Assembly (NCBI GenBank): GCA_964016885.1
Contig: OZ024751.1
Span: forward strand, 26,660,001-26,724,000
Source: Eledone cirrhosa
Lineage: Eukaryota
Direction: 5' to 3'
DNA: 64,000 nt
This document shows positions 29,534 through 46,580 of the stretch, piece by piece. Below the pieces are notes generated by a model. That model was not told where the DNA came from and ran no database searches. It was given only the letters and a program-made list of their open reading frames with translations. The stretch's first letter is position 1. Every line of letters begins with the position of its first letter. Both the position numbers and the translations under genes were made by a program.

Positions 29534-29940
29534 ATACACACACACACGCACACTCACACGCACACACACACACTCATACACACACATACACATACACACT
29601 CACACACACTCATACACACACACACACACACACACTCACACACACGCATGTATATATATATACTCACACAAACACACACACAGACACAAATATATATATA
29701 TATCTTACAACCTTGCACTTTACAACCATTCCATCTAGGTCCTCCTTTAATCTTTGCCCAATATTTGAGATTGTATCTATTCTTATTAATTGACTTTGGT
29801 AAAAGTTTATTCCTTCTTATATTTCCTGAAGAAATGCAGTTGTTATATATATTATGTCTAGTGTAAATAATTGCTAACTATTTCCCCCTGATTTATTTTT
29901 TACATATGTATGTAATATTGTCACCTCTATTGAAGCATAC

Positions 29941-30011
<71 letters not shown>

Positions 30012-30061
30012 TATGTGTGTATACGTACATACATATATGTATACAGACGTACAGTAGCATG

Positions 30062-30099
<38 letters not shown>

Positions 30100-30257
30100 C
30101 ATCGTTCCTGTGTCAGTGTTGAACAAAAAGGTGACGTGGTTGCCTTAACACCGTACGGCATAAAAATTCAGGCTGTTCAGTTTGTTTACAAACGAACAAA
30201 GCGGCGTTATAATAAGCGTCCGCTAAACTGATACGTGCATATATGTATGTGTACCTG

Positions 30258-30295
<38 letters not shown>

Positions 30296-30409
30296 CATGC
30301 TACTGTACGTCTGTATACATATATGTATGTACGTATACACACATACTTACATTTAAGTAAGTGCCGTACTAAGAGTGAGAAATGAAATTTCGGTTTCATT
30401 TTATTTCAA

Positions 30410-30477
<68 letters not shown>

Positions 30478-30629
30478 GAAAAGATGAATATAAAATGAAA
30501 GTGCTTTTTAAAAAGGAATTTATTAGGTATTGACATATGTTTCTGTAACAGACGGAATACCTATGTATCGCTGCTTGCGTAATCATAGCAAATGTATAAT
30601 CAGTTGTCACTTCTTCAGAGATATTGGAT

Positions 30630-30660
<31 letters not shown>

Positions 30661-30664
<4 letters not shown>

Positions 30665-30882
30665 ATAATAATAAATTTGAAGACTAAAATCCAAAGAGGG
30701 CTCGATAAGGATAAATATATATCAAATATATAAGAACCGTAGAGCAAATATTTATTAAAATAACAGATTAAAGTTTAAGCAAAGAATCGCTGCTTCCACC
30801 CTTAACGGGATCTTCTGAAGATCCCGTTAAGGGTGAAAGCAGCGATTCTTTGCTTAAACTTTAATCTGTTATTTTAATAAAT
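30661..30882. mobile_element. Family F1 near-perfect fold-back
   Basis: ~70-bp arms meeting at gggatcttc-t-gaagatccc (~30815); tail on the left; TA-flanked. Confidence 0.8.
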
Positions 30883-30939
30883 ATATATATATAATAAATA
30901 TATATATATATTAATAAATATATATATATGTATATATAC

Positions 30940-31104
30940 CAACATTTGATATAAAGATGGCTGCTATAGGACTAGAACTGTTTCCCTCGAATGAAACAGT
31001 TCTAGTCCTGTAGAAGCCATCTCTATATTACATTTTGTTGTATACACTTTACTAATGTATTGAATAACTTACTTACTGTGGTTACCCCCGGTTGAACCCG
31101 GGAC
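30940..31104 (+). mobile_element. Family F3 fold-back, diverged
   Basis: ggactagaactgtttc-cctcgaat-gaaacagttctagtcc; tail homologous to 20012-20075. Confidence 0.75.
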
Positions 31105-31556
31105 TCTCTCTCTCTCTCTCTCACACATATGTATGTTCCCCTTGTATAAAAAAATATAATTTATCTATATGTTTACATGTCTGCGATTTATTCTTTCGTA
31201 ATACGAAATTACACTCAAGCAACTGTCTGTCTCCCCTCTCTCTCATACAACACTATCTCTCTTTCTCTCTCTCACACAAACACTATCTCTCTTTCTCTCT
31301 CTATATATATGTATAAATAGAGAGAGAGAGAAAGAGAGAGAGAGAGGGGGGGACGAGAGAGAAGCAGGCAGACATACATATATGTTACAAGTAACACAAA
31401 CATATATTCATGTAAATTTTGGTATTTTAAGTGCTTGTGTTTTGTAATAAGTTAAAATATACACACATATATGAATATATACACACATATATGAATATAT
31501 GCACACAACATACATGTATACATACATTCGTACATAGATTCATATATGCAACATGT

Positions 31557-32092
31557 TAGGTCACCCTTCAGCGCCATTGATACATGTAACCCAGTATAAC
31601 CTGCGAATGGTCGGGTCGTCGACGACTAAACCGGCAACCCCACCCAAGCTTGCTGGGGATTTTGAACACCCTGCGGGATGAAAAACAAAACTCTTCAAAG
31701 AGTGGAGGAACTCAGGAGCGTTAACGGCCATCCAATAAAGTACCATCGAATAAAGTACCTTTTTTGTGGAGTGAGAGACTCCTAGTCTTCCTTAAGACAT
31801 CTCTCTTGGAGAAGGTCACTCTGATATAAAACCTACGACTTCATTTACATCCAATGATGTAGACCAGTTCTTCTTTTTGGGGTAAATACATTCAATGTTC
31901 AGAAAGTGGGACTGGCCCCGTCCAAAGCCTTTCCTCACTTAAAAAGCTTCAAACACAGGCATCGCTTGTTATATGATATTTATGGTATTGCTGGCCATAG
32001 GCAAGTCCCTAGCAGGTCTAAAAAGCCACGTCCGTGATGCTCATGCTTAAGTATCAACCGATGGCATTACTCGACATTGAGTTACAGCCATC
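31557..32092 (+). mobile_element. Diverged family R repeat
   Basis: Shares acatgtaacccagta, gactaaaccggcaaccccacc, actctgatataa and cagccatc with 14277. Confidence 0.7.
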
Positions 32093-32285
32093 ATCTACAA
32101 CATGGCTGCCGTTTGACAATCTTCCGTGCATCTTTCTTTCTTATAATATACAGTACCTCCCTGTCATTTCTTTGTAAGAGATAGCTGTAATATATTGAGG
32201 GTGATTGAAACAACTCCCCTCCTACCTCGGAGAAAACCACAACATTATTAAAATATCAGAAGACATTATCACATTTATTGTTACA

Positions 32286-32490
32286 GTGGTCAATTGGCAG
32301 AATCGGTAGAGCATCGGAGAAAATATGTTATGTTGTTTAGTTATACCTCTTTACGTTTAGAGTTGGAATTCCGCGCAGGTTAACTTTACTCTTCATTTAT
32401 CCGGGGTCGACAGAATAAAGTACCAGTCAAAAACTGGAGTCGATTTAATCGACGTTCCCTTTCTCACAATTGGGCCTAATTTAGAAACAG
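32286..32490 (+). mobile_element. Diverged SINE family A
   Basis: ttggcagaatcggtagagc...ggggtcgacagaataaagtaccag. Confidence 0.75.
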
Positions 32491-33180
32491 TTGTTGTTGT
32501 TGTTGTTGTTGCTAGACAAATGCAAGAACAAATAGGACGTGAGATTTTACCAATAACGCTGGTGCCAAGACAACGACAATGTAACCTCCACCTCTGTCTG
32601 TCACTCTATCACCCCCTCTCTCTATATATATATGTCCTCCCCCCCCCCTACGCCCACCAGAAGTCTGAGGTTTTTCCACACAGTGTTAACAATCTAGCTC
32701 AGCTGTGAAGGAACTGTCAAAATTTCATCCTTATTCTCTTTGTTTTCAACACCCATCATTTACCAACACGTCTTATTGTATAATTATATACACATCTGGA
32801 TTGCTTCTCCACTCATACTTCATCCTTGTTGCTCTTGTTGTCGTTGTTGTTGCTGTTGTAGTTGCTGTTGTAGTTGCTGTTGTAGTTGCTGTCGTTGTTG
32901 TCGTTGTTGTTGTTGCTGCTGTCGTTGCTGTTGCTGTTGTCTTTGTCGTCGTCGTTGTTGTTGTCTTTGTCGTCATTGTTGTTGTTGCAGTTGTCATTGG
33001 TGTTGTTGTTATTGTTGTCTGTCGCCTCTCTGGGACAACTCAACGATGTCTCAAGTTGATGCGAAACTTTGTTTTGAGTTGTTGGCGGCTGTTTTTATAC
33101 ACGATGTCATGTATGTCATCTATTCAGCAAAACATATCGAAAACAACATAAGTTATGTGTGTGAGCGTAGGTGTATTTAT

Positions 33181-33214
<34 letters not shown>

Positions 33215-33236
33215 GAACATATATATATATGTGTGT

Positions 33237-33557
<321 letters not shown>

Positions 33558-33573
33558 TATATATATATGTATG

Positions 33574-33628
<55 letters not shown>

Positions 33629-33814
33629 TTATTTTTATGTTATTTTGTGATGTGATATTGAAAGTATGTAGCCTTATATATGTTAATTTATGTGTGAAAA
33701 TAAGTATTACATGCCTCAGAATAGCGGTTCTGGTCTTCTTTGAATTGAAGATTCTGGTCACATGACGTACAATATGAAGTTTCTCTGAAAGCTAAAAGTG
33801 GCAGTATTATCACG

Positions 33815-33999
33815 TGGATTGGCAGTATCGGTAGAGGGTCGGACGCCATGCTTTCCAACATAGTTACGTCCCTTTACAGTCCGAGTTCAAATCCCGTCGA
33901 GGTCAACTTTGCCTTTCATCCTTACGGGGTCGATAAAATAAAGTACCAGTAATGCACTGGGTAATTGCTGGCCTTGTACCTAAAGTAGAAACAATTATC
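33815..33999 (+). mobile_element. SINE family A
   Basis: Full match to the 28711 unit. Confidence 0.88.
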
Positions 34000-34695
34000 A
34001 TTCTTTCTTAAATCTTATATACGTGTGTCTTACCTACCACCATCCATGGAAATTCTGGAGACCTCTCCTTTTTCACTTCATTTCCAAATGTGCTTTGAAA
34101 GAGCTGTGGCGTTTACCTACTGGTGATGTTGGAATGAGCTGTTGTGCTGGTATAGGCCATTTTTCAAGGATTACTCAGAAAGATTTATATATCCCGTGGC
34201 TCTGTTTCCGTTAAGGCCACAACCCCGATACACATGATTTTCCCTAGATATCTGCTTTTTAGGGGGTTTACACTCTATGATTCGGCAATTACCCCTTAAC
34301 GACTTACACTGATCACAATATTTGATGGCAATATTTTGGCTTGAGTGTTTTGATAAAACTAGATGTATATTTTTGACAGCTGTAATTCACCTTAATGGTG
34401 ATTTTGTTAAACAGCTTCTGGAATGTTAAGTATTTTACGAAATATATTTTCGATTAGAAATAGGAACTCTAAAACTTTTACACCAATGTTACCCACATGT
34501 CCCCTACATATTCAACCATAAAACACGTCAACCACATGTCCCCTACATAGTCAACCATAAAACAGGTCAACCACATGTCTCCTACATGTTCAACCATAAA
34601 ACACGTCAACCAAATGTCTCGTGCAAAAATATGCTACCCAAATATATATTATCCATGCGCTATTCTATAAATTGTTCTGGTTTATAGATATATAC

Positions 34696-34736
<41 letters not shown>

Positions 34737-35663
34737 AGTACGTATATATATATATATATACAACATTTTTTAAAGAAATAAAAAGGAAGAAAGAAAGAAA
34801 TGGTGAGAAAAATAAAAACCACAACTGGTTGTCTCTTAAAACTTTCAGCCATAGTGCATGCAGTTATAATGTTTTCTAGCTGTGTAGCAGCCGACAGTGT
34901 TAAGGTGGTATTGTGCTGCAAGTGTCGTCTGCTTTCTCAGCAATATATTTTAATAGCCGCTCATTTGTCTGGAAGTTACAACAATTAAAGAGAGCAATGT
35001 CTGTGAATGACACCTATACAATAGGGTCCACACCCTTCATCATTAACACTGCATCAGACCACGCTCAATCCATGCAATTTGACGTCAGTCTGTCTTTTGT
35101 TTCCAAACATAATATCCCACCAAGGGACTTTATCGTATGATCTCACAGACAGAGCATTCTATTCTTTGACACTCATTGTTTTTTATTTCATATTTTGGAA
35201 CATTTATTACAAATCATTTCCCTTTCTTCTCTTTTCTTTCTCTTTAATAATTTTTTCTATTTAAAAAAAAAATATTTTTTTATTTTATTATTTATATTCT
35301 TTAATTTTTGGTTTTTTTTTTTCCTTTTTCACCGGGTCTGTCTGATGCATTCTCCCTGATGTATATCTTTCAAAATACATACATACACACATACATAGAT
35401 ACATAGATACACACATATATACATGCATATATACATACATATAATCATGCATACATATATAAATGCATACATACATATATATATGCATACATACATGCAT
35501 ACATACATATACACATACATATATACATACATATATACATGCATATATACATACATACATACATATATACATATATGCATACATATATACATACATATAA
35601 TCATATATACATATATACATATATGCATACATATATACATATATACATATATATATATATATA

Positions 35664-35918
<255 letters not shown>

Positions 35919-36737
35919 ATTATATATATATACATGCATTCATACAAGCATACATCTTACATATATACATGCATTCATACAAGCATACATCATGCATATA
36001 TACATACACACACACACACACACAAATATATATGCAATGAAAGCACGCTGCCTAGTGGGTAGGAAGATGGGTTCAACACCAAAATGTCGTTGGTTTCATT
36101 CCTGGACTAGACGTCACGTTGTGGGCTTGAACAACTACTTTATTTCACGCCTACTCAGTTGAAAAATAAATAAGTACCATCACCAGTTTAGGTTTAAACC
36201 TGCGACGGGTTTTCTTTCTATTCGGGTGAGAATCTTGTAATCTCATTTAACTAACATCAACGATAAATACCATCCTGAAGGGCCTTTATACATGAGGCAG
36301 GCTTTAATTTAACTTATATATTGTTGAGTGTATGTGTGTATGTATGCTTGTGTTTAGTTGTTGCTTTCTGAATCTAAACGAATATGTTTACTGTTAGTAT
36401 CGAGCTTTAAGGGTATTCTTGGTTAAACTGATATCTTTCTTAATGTACGATTTGCCGACATTTGCTTTGTATAATATTTCTTTGTCCAAATGACTGTCAG
36501 TTGTATCTCTGAAATTAAATTCACTCAGAGATATTTCTGTGGTGTTTATAGATGTCTAGTTGTGGTTAGGGATTTTTACACCTATGTTATCCATATATCT
36601 TTAACATAATTTTTGTTGAATATTTCTTGATATCATATCGATGAGTTTTACTATCAAGTACAGTACAGTATATTTTTTTGTAATGGGAATTACTCACAAG
36701 CTATTTCTTAACAATTGAAACACTGAGATCTCTCAAT

Positions 36738-36811
<74 letters not shown>

Positions 36812-37827
36812 TATAACGAAGATCGCTGGTATTAAGTTAATGAACTCCGGCCAACGTCTAGCTCCCTCAATGAGTCTGCCGGATTACAGTAATGCAGTTG
36901 AAATCAGCCGTTCAGAGTGCACACATTTAGTTAATAGCAGACACGGTGGCTGTGTTCTGGTAGAGAGAAAGGTAAACATCTCAACTCCTGGACGACATCG
37001 TTTCTATGCAACATAACTTCACAAAGATATTAGATCTTCAATGTTCAGAAAGTCACGTAACATAAGCAGGTGACCCAAGTCATAAGATAGATCTATACAG
37101 TGAGTGTTAGATGTTACCACTGGATAAGGAATCCAGTAGTTCTTGGCAATTTTACACTCTGCCTCTATCCGGTTGACTTAAGAAGCAATGGAAAAGTTTG
37201 AAATTTAAAATGTAATCATCTCAACTTAGATACTACATGCCAATTACACACACGCACACACACACATGTACACACACATGCACACACACTCATGTACACA
37301 CATATATATACACACACACACTCACACACACACATACTCACATGGGCATACACACACACAGATGGGCACACACACACGCACACACATGCACGCCCGCACA
37401 CACACGCACACATGTACATACACACGCACGCACACACGCACACACACACAAACACACACACACACACACACACACACATGATTAAGCATGGTTTTCCAAC
37501 GAGGAAGAGAACAAGTTGCCAGGTAAATCAGGTAGCAGTACATTAACCATGAAGGTGTACATTTATGTCGTAATAGGAATTATTAAAACTATTTTATTTC
37601 TTTAAAATCATCAAAACTTACCTAACTGTATCAAACGATTGAAACCGATCTTTAGAAGTCGCCCCCCCCCTCTCTCTCTCTATATATATATATATATACA
37701 TACTCACACACACGTACACACACACACATACATATATATATAGATATATATAAACACATATATATATATACATATATGCAAATATATATGATATATATGT
37801 ATGTATGTAAGTATGTATGCATGTATG

Positions 37828-37894
<67 letters not shown>

Positions 37895-38588
37895 ATATAT
37901 ATAGATATAGATATGTGTGTGTGTGTTTGTGTGTGTGTATGTGTATATGTGTGTAAATATATATAACATAAATTCCTTTGAAAATGATTTCCTAAATTTC
38001 CAGATATATTTAAAGCGATGACATCAGACTTGGTATACTTTTATTATGTTACGTATATAAAAATACCCCGAAATTATGTTTAGTCATGGCACGAGCTTAA
38101 AGTATTTGGTGTTTTGAGAAAATGGATCGATCACACATACACGCACCAATGTCACACAAACCACCACATTCTATTCCACCACACCACACCGCGCCCTCTA
38201 GTATTCATTCTATAACCCGTTTTAGTGAAGATCATATTTGATGACTGGTAGTTTTCAGTACAAATTCTTAACCGCTTTTCTCGCGTCTTTGTTAGGCAGA
38301 GAAACGGTACGACGACGTGCCAAACCGGTGTCAAAGCCAACAACACAACACACGTTCGAATTCACCGGACATATTACATTACATAATTGTACATTATCAC
38401 ACAATCATTTAACACACACACTCTCTCTCTCTCTCTTGTCCCTGTCTCTGTGTATGTCTAGTCATCTCTCTCTCTCTCTCTTTCTTCATATATATATTTA
38501 TATATATATGTGTATGTGTGTTGTATATATACATATATTCATATATATGGATATGTATGTATGTGTGTGTGTATGTATGTATGTATGT

Positions 38589-38887
38589 CAGGTCACCAGT
38601 TGGTGCTACTGGTAACATGTATCCCAGTACAACCTGTCTCATGGTTTCTTGGTGAGGTGGGTGACTTTGGACATCCTGCAGGACTAAAAACAAAACCTGT
38701 CAAAGGGCAAAGGAGCTCTTAAGAGTCAATGGCCATCCAAAATCACCGGGAGAGATGACCCCTTAGCCTTTGTCAAGGCAGAATTCTAGGAGAAGGAAAA
38801 CTCTGATATAACACCTGCAACCCTGATGGTATCCAATGATGTTGACTTGTTCTTCTTTTTGGTAAATATCATCTTGGTTAAGAGTGA
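38589..38887 (+). mobile_element. Family R repeat, 5' portion
   Basis: Near-identical to 14277-14615 with an internal deletion; same (TATG)n-caggtcacc junction. Confidence 0.85.
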
Positions 38888-39405
38888 GTAGTGACAGAAA
38901 TGAAAGCAATTTTATTGGCGAAGAAGCAGGTCTATACAGGTGAAAATTGTTGAATACAACATTGGTATATAAAGTTTTAGGAAGAAAATATTCGGCCGTG
39001 AGTTTCTATAGTTTCTGCACGTGACTTCACACAAACAGCGTCTTCTTGTCTGTTCAATTCGCCATCTTTTTGTGTTCATACGGCTATAGATTGTGACTGT
39101 TTCCCTTGTTATTCTTAATCACAATTTCCCGTCAACATCAGCAACAATTTCAATCATTTGGTAAGTCCTAAGTTGATTTGATCGACTGATATGCTATAAG
39201 TGACCCTATCTAATTCAAACCTCTGGTCATTAAGGGTCAACTATACCTGTTGCACCTGATAGCTATGGATTCAGTCTAGGAGCAACACCCTGCCATATTG
39301 GCCATCACAGAATATCTCGGTTCTACGTAGTGTGGGAAGAGAACCACAATCCTCTTTCTAATAAATATATACTGTTAACCATTGACGTCATTGAGTGTGT
39401 GTGTA

Positions 39406-39469
<64 letters not shown>

Positions 39470-39471
<2 letters not shown>

Positions 39472-39691
39472 CGAAGGAAATGTGGTAAGGAACCAGATGG
39501 ACCATAACACACCAAAGTACTCAATACTTAGGGTAGTAGAGTGGGTAATAGGAACGAGTAGGACCCCGACGGCTGAGCTCAAGCCGTTTCGACGACTAAT
39601 TCTGGCGGCAATTAGCCGTCCAGAATTAGAATTAGTCCAGAATTAGCCGTCGAAACGGCTTGAGCTCAGCCGTCGGGGTCCTACTCGGTCG
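39470..39691 (-). mobile_element. Family F2 fold-back
   Basis: Reverse complement of the 33351 copy, different loop. Confidence 0.8.
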
Positions 39692-39827
39692 TATATATAT
39701 ATATATATATATATGTATACAAACACATATATACATGTATGTGTGTGTGTGTGTGTGTGTGAGTGAGTGTGTGTGTCTGTATATATATGTATGTCGGTAT
39801 ATATATGTATGTATGATATATATATAC

Positions 39828-39888
<61 letters not shown>

Positions 39889-40041
39889 AGTGTGTCTCGC
39901 TATATATATGTATGATATATATATATATAGACATATGTATACACACACATATATATATACATGTATTATATTATATTATATATATGTGTGTGTGTGTCTG
40001 TGTGTGTGTGTGTGTGTGTGGGAGGCGTATATATATGTATG

Positions 40042-40074
<33 letters not shown>

Positions 40075-40555
40075 TATATATATATATGTGTGTATATATA
40101 TATATGTGTGTGTATGCATATATATATATATATGTATATACAGTGGTGCTCACCAGACACGCTGAGCTATGTGTAATTGTGTGTTTTTAGAGATCGTAGA
40201 TGATTTTCCGTGTGTAGACAACGCGCCCGGTTGTATTTTTATTTGAGAAATCTGATAGGTTTATCTATTGTGAGTGTCACGGATTGTATCTCTATTAACA
40301 CAAGTTCATGTCCTTTCAGTCATATGATCCAACAACTATATAACCTAAGACGGACATTCGGTTTCATTAAACTTCAACAGACGACACATCCTATTAAATG
40401 GCGAATGGGAAACTAGCATACAAGTTTACATCATTCATCATTCGTTCATTTCATTTGCAAGCTTTGTTTCAAGTAGTTTCACTTTACAATTCACTGAAAA
40501 ATATCATGCATAAAAATCCTTCTTGAAAAAGAAACCGGTAACAATTAATAAAATA

Positions 40556-40755
40556 TGTAGATAGTCAGGTATGTTTTGATGTACTAGTGTAAGTCAGGTG
40601 AGACAGTATGGTGTCTAGGACAGCTGTAGATAGTCAGGTATGTTTTGATGTACTAGTGTAAGTCAGGTGAGACAGTATGGTGTCTAGGACAGCTGTAGAT
40701 AGTCAGGTATGTTTTGATGTACTAGTGTAAGTCAGGTGAGACTCTATGGTGTCTA
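40556..40755 (+). repeat. 69-bp tandem repeat, ~2.9 copies
   Basis: tgtagatagtcagg recurs at 40556, 40625 and 40694. Confidence 0.95.
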
Positions 40756-41239
40756 AAAGGTTGAAGGTGAGAAAGGCTATAAAAGTTGTACAAAGGGTAT
40801 TAAAAAAAATAATAGTCTAAAGTCGTATGGAAAATGTGAGGAAAGAGACGACATGTTGTACTTAAATAAGTTGAAGTGTTAGGTATATTTAGCACAATAC
40901 ACCCGAGGCATTGTGTAAAGCATTGTGATGTGAGCGTGTATAAAGACATACAGAAACACTCACACACACACATACACATACATAAATACATACTTACACA
41001 CATACACAAACAGCCACATACAAACACACACACAAACGTATAAATATGTATGCAATGATACAGTGAGTGCATGTAGGGTCCCATACAATTATGTCGGGGA
41101 CACCCTTCTACATGAGTACATGTGTACATGTACACATGTGTACGTTCTTGAGGGTGTATATCTGAGTGCGTATATAGAGTTGTATATGTTTAATACACGT
41201 CAGAAATACACTTGTACAGTACAGAAACTCACGCACACT

Positions 41240-41319
<80 letters not shown>

Positions 41320-41438
41320 TATAAATATATATATATATATATAATATAAATATATATATATATATATAATATAAATTTCAAAACATATCTTAAACAACAA
41401 TGCCTGAAGCTAAATTCTATATATACATATATATATAT

Positions 41439-41780
<342 letters not shown>

Positions 41781-42015
41781 TAGAGAGAGATTAACGAATA
41801 GTACAATAGACACACGTATTTTACGAGTCACAAACCTTGTGGAAATAAAGAAATTTTGACTTAAAAATAGACGCACATAGATATATATATAAACATATTT
41901 ATATATATAAATATACGAGTGGCTGAACAAACGTGGGAAAATTACTCAATATAGAAACGTTTAATTTATATATATATTTGAAAACATAGCCGCCACAGTG
42001 CAGATAAATATAATA

Positions 42016-42137
42016 GTTGTTTCTACGTTTCGCACAAGGCCAGCAAATACCCAGTACATTACTGGTACTTTATTTTATCGACCCCGTAAGGATGAAAGGC
42101 AAAGTTAACCTCGGCGGGATTTGAACTCAGAATGGCA
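42016..42137 (-). mobile_element. SINE family A, 3' part
   Basis: Body match. Confidence 0.85.
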
Positions 42138-42236
42138 GATTAATATAATAATATTAATTGGTAACTATAAATAATAATGGAATACATCCCTTGGCAACTA
42201 TTATTTCAAATTTCAAATTCTTCAATCATTCGTGAG

Positions 42237-42281
<45 letters not shown>

Positions 42282-42317
42282 TACATGCACACACACGCCC
42301 CCCCCCACTCATATATG

Positions 42318-42785
42318 AACATTTATCTTGGCCAAACTCCATTCCTATATCCTTTGAGAATGTTGTAACCAGGTTGAGATTTTTCTTCATCACATCTATG
42401 TTCTTGGCATAGAGTTTCAGGTCATCCAGAAAGAGATTATGGGTTAAGTTCGTATTTCTGTCCTATGAGCCAATGAAATATACCCCTGTGGTATTCTATT
42501 TTATCAGTGAAAATAGAGTCCTCCTTCTCTGTTTTTAACTTTAGGATAGTAGCCCAAGAAGAGGACAGCTTCTCTAGGCTCTGATAATAATGTCTGGGCC
42601 TTTAGCAAGTCGGGGACCTCTATCACCCAAGAGTGGGGAACAGAATCAAAAGCTTTCCTGTAGTCCAGCCAGTCTGTAGTCATATTCCTCCTAAGTTGTC
42701 ACACATCGCAGTTTTGTTGATTAGGAGTTGTTCAGCACACCGCTAAACCCCTTTCTTTCCAGCTGCTTGTTCATCTGTATGTATC
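42318..42785 (-). pseudogene. R4/Dong-type reverse transcriptase remnant
   Basis: Minus: AGKKGV*RCAEQLLINK; WLDYRKAFDSVPHSWVI; LTHNLFLDDLKLYAKN; GMEFGQDKC. Confidence 0.85.
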
Positions 42786-42809
42786 ATAAGAGTCAACAGC
42801 CATCCAACA

Positions 42810-43507
42810 GCCATATGCGCGGGGACATAGAAGTAATCGGGCTGGAAATCCAATCGCGCGGTTAAACCACTGGGAGTGAAGGACCTTTAGCCTTTGTCAG
42901 GGCACCCTTTTAGGAGCAGGCAACTCAGGAAACTGGGATAACTCCAACTAAAACCTGCGGCTCAGTAGTTACCGATGATGCTGATCTTTTCTTCTTTTCG
43001 GGTTATAGTTACTGTCCCTCAGAGAGTGGGATTGGCTCAGTGCACAGTCTTTCCTCACATGGTCGGGTCGTCGGCGATTAAACCGGCAACCCCACCAAGC
43101 CTGTTTGGTGAGGAGGGTGATATTTGGACAAAACCCGTCAAAGGGCGGAGGAACTCAGCAGAGTCAACGGCCACCCAAATACTACGTTTTATTTTCCACC
43201 TAGGAGTGAAAGACTCCCAGTTGTTGTCACAACACCTTTCTAGGAGAGGGAAACTCTGAAAAAAACCTGCGACTTCGGAAACATCCGATGATGTTGACCA
43301 GTTCTCCTTTTCAGGTAGTGTTTTCCATGCTCAGAGCGTGGGATTGGTCGAGTGCAAGGCCTTTCCCCACTTAAATTACCTTCAAAGCACAGCATTACTT
43401 GTTCAGGATCTGTTCAGGTTCGTGTGGCTGGCCATAGCCTAAAAGTGCACCAAACTCTATAATCTGACAAGCGATTGCAATAGTCTTAGCAGAGTTTGCA
43501 GCCATCG
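42810..43507 (+). mobile_element. Composite diverged family R-related repeat ending in (TATG)n
   Basis: Shares ttagcctttgtca, aaaccggcaaccccacc and gcagccatc-(tatg)n. Confidence 0.65.
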
Positions 43508-43551
43508 TGTATGTATGTATGTATAAGTGTGTATGTATGTATGTATGTATG

Positions 43552-43585
<34 letters not shown>

Positions 43586-43797
43586 TGTATGTATGTATGT
43601 ATGTATGTATGTATGTGTGTATGTATTTATGAATGTAGGTATGCGTGTATGTATGTATGCGTGTATGTATGTAGGCGTCTGTGTATGTATGTATGTATAT
43701 ATATATATATGTATGTATGTATGCGTGTATGTGGTTATATTTAATGGCGTAAAATGGATAAACTAATAATTGATAACAATTGTAATGATTTCTTATA

Positions 43798-43914
<117 letters not shown>

Positions 43915-44042
43915 AATACTGATAAATATTACTAATAATAGATAAGGTAAAATAAACTGTTTCCAACGATTTGTGAATATATTAACTATGTCAAGCAAGT
44001 GACCTAGATTTAGCTTTTGTTTTTATTATATATATTTTATTA

Positions 44043-44107
<65 letters not shown>

Positions 44108-44152
44108 GTACATATATATGTATGTGTGTATGTATATATATATATATATATA

Positions 44153-44245
44153 TTTATTAAAATAACAGATTAAAGTTTAAGCAAAGAATCGCTGCTTTCA
44201 CCCTTAACGGGATCTTTGGATTTTAGACTTCTAATTTATTATTAT

Positions 44246-44249
<4 letters not shown>
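44153..44249. mobile_element. Family F1 collapsed copy (left arm fused to tail)
   Basis: Arm ends at gggatc and joins tttggattttagacttc. Confidence 0.75.
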
Positions 44250-44331
<82 letters not shown>

Positions 44332-44752
44332 GTGTGTGTGTGTATATATATATATATATGTGTGTGTGTGTATATATATATATGTGTGTGTATATATATA
44401 TATGTGTGTGTGTATGTGTGTGTGTGTGTTTATATATATATTTGTGTGTCAATAAATATGTATATGCATGTATATGCATATATGTTTGTATATGTGTGTG
44501 TGTGTGTGTGTGTGTCTGTCTGTGCCTCTATGTATGTGTGTGTGTGTCTGTGTCTCTGTGTATGTGTGTGTGTCTGTGTCTGTGTCTCTGTGTATGTGTG
44601 TGTGTATATGTCTGTCTGTGTGTGTGTATGTGTGTGTGCCTCTGTGTGTGTGTGTGTGTGTGTGTATGTGTGTCTGTCTGTCTCTCTCTCTATATATATA
44701 TATGTGTGTGTGTGTGTGTATGTCTGTCTCTGTGTGTGTCTGTGTCTATCTG

Positions 44753-44813
<61 letters not shown>

Positions 44814-44914
44814 GTCTGTGTCTGTGTGTGTGCGTGTCTGTGTGCCCGTGTCTGTGTGCCCGTGTGTGTGTGTCTGTGTCTATCTGTGTCTGTCTGTCCC
44901 TCTCTCTCTCTCTC

Positions 44915-44960
<46 letters not shown>

Positions 44961-45045
44961 CCTCTGTGTCTCTCTCTCTGTATGTGTGTGTGTGTCTGTG
45001 TGTGTGTGTGTGTATGTGTGTCTCTGTGTCTCTCTCTCTGTATGT

Positions 45046-45090
<45 letters not shown>

Positions 45091-45391
45091 TCTCTGTGTC
45101 TCTCTCTCTGTATGTGTGTGTGTATGTCTGTGTATGTCTGTGTCTCTGTGTGTCTCTCTCTCTCTCTCTGTGTGTGTATGTCTGTGTGTGTGTGTGTCTC
45201 TCTCTCTCTCTCTCTCTCTGTATGTGTCTATCTGTTTGGCACCTCATGTCATCCATGTTTGTTTTGTTGCTGCCGTGTTTTCAATAAACCTGACAGGTTT
45301 CTAATTCTGACGTTTAAACATGTTATTAAAACGACCAGTAAATGATAGCTTAAACACATTCTGTTTGGCCATTGATGGTGGTGATCCCAGG

Positions 45392-45444
<53 letters not shown>

Positions 45445-45456
45445 ACACACACACAC

Positions 45457-45514
<58 letters not shown>

Positions 45515-45525
45515 ACACACACACA

Positions 45526-45571
<46 letters not shown>

Positions 45572-45615
45572 CACACAGACACACACACACACACACACAG
45601 ACACACACGCACACA

Positions 45616-45758
<143 letters not shown>

Positions 45759-45775
45759 CACACACACACACACAC

Positions 45776-45848
<73 letters not shown>

Positions 45849-45916
45849 CACACACAGACACACAGACACACACACACACACAGACACACACACACACACA
45901 CACACACAGACACACA

Positions 45917-45955
<39 letters not shown>

Positions 45956-45982
45956 ATACACACAGAGACACACAGACACACA

Positions 45983-46019
<37 letters not shown>

Positions 46020-46034
46020 ACACACAGACACACA

Positions 46035-46083
<49 letters not shown>

Positions 46084-46104
46084 ACACACAGACACACACA
46101 CACA

Positions 46105-46139
<35 letters not shown>

Positions 46140-46154
46140 ACACACAGACACACA

Positions 46155-46187
<33 letters not shown>

Positions 46188-46377
46188 ACACACGCAATCA
46201 CACACTCACACGTGCTCACGCAATCACACACGTGCAAACACACACATATATATATGTGCATGCATACTAGTATATACATACATAAATATATAATATATAT
46301 AATATATATAATATATATAATATATATATACATGCACATATTCCACATGCACATATTTGTATGTACTTACATACATC

Positions 46378-46510
46378 TTGGTGATTTCCTTCGAATGAAA
46401 CAGTTCTAGTCCTGTAGAAGCCATTTTCTATATTAAATATTAATGTATACACGCTACTAATGTATTAAGTAGCTTACTTACTGTGCTTACCCTCGATTGA
46501 ACCCGGGACT
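46378..46510 (+). mobile_element. Family F3 single arm with decayed hammerhead core
   Basis: ttggtga tttccttcgaat gaaacagttctagtcctgtagaa plus tail. Confidence 0.7.
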
Positions 46511-46512
46511 CG

Positions 46513-46575
<63 letters not shown>

Positions 46576-46580
46576 TTAGC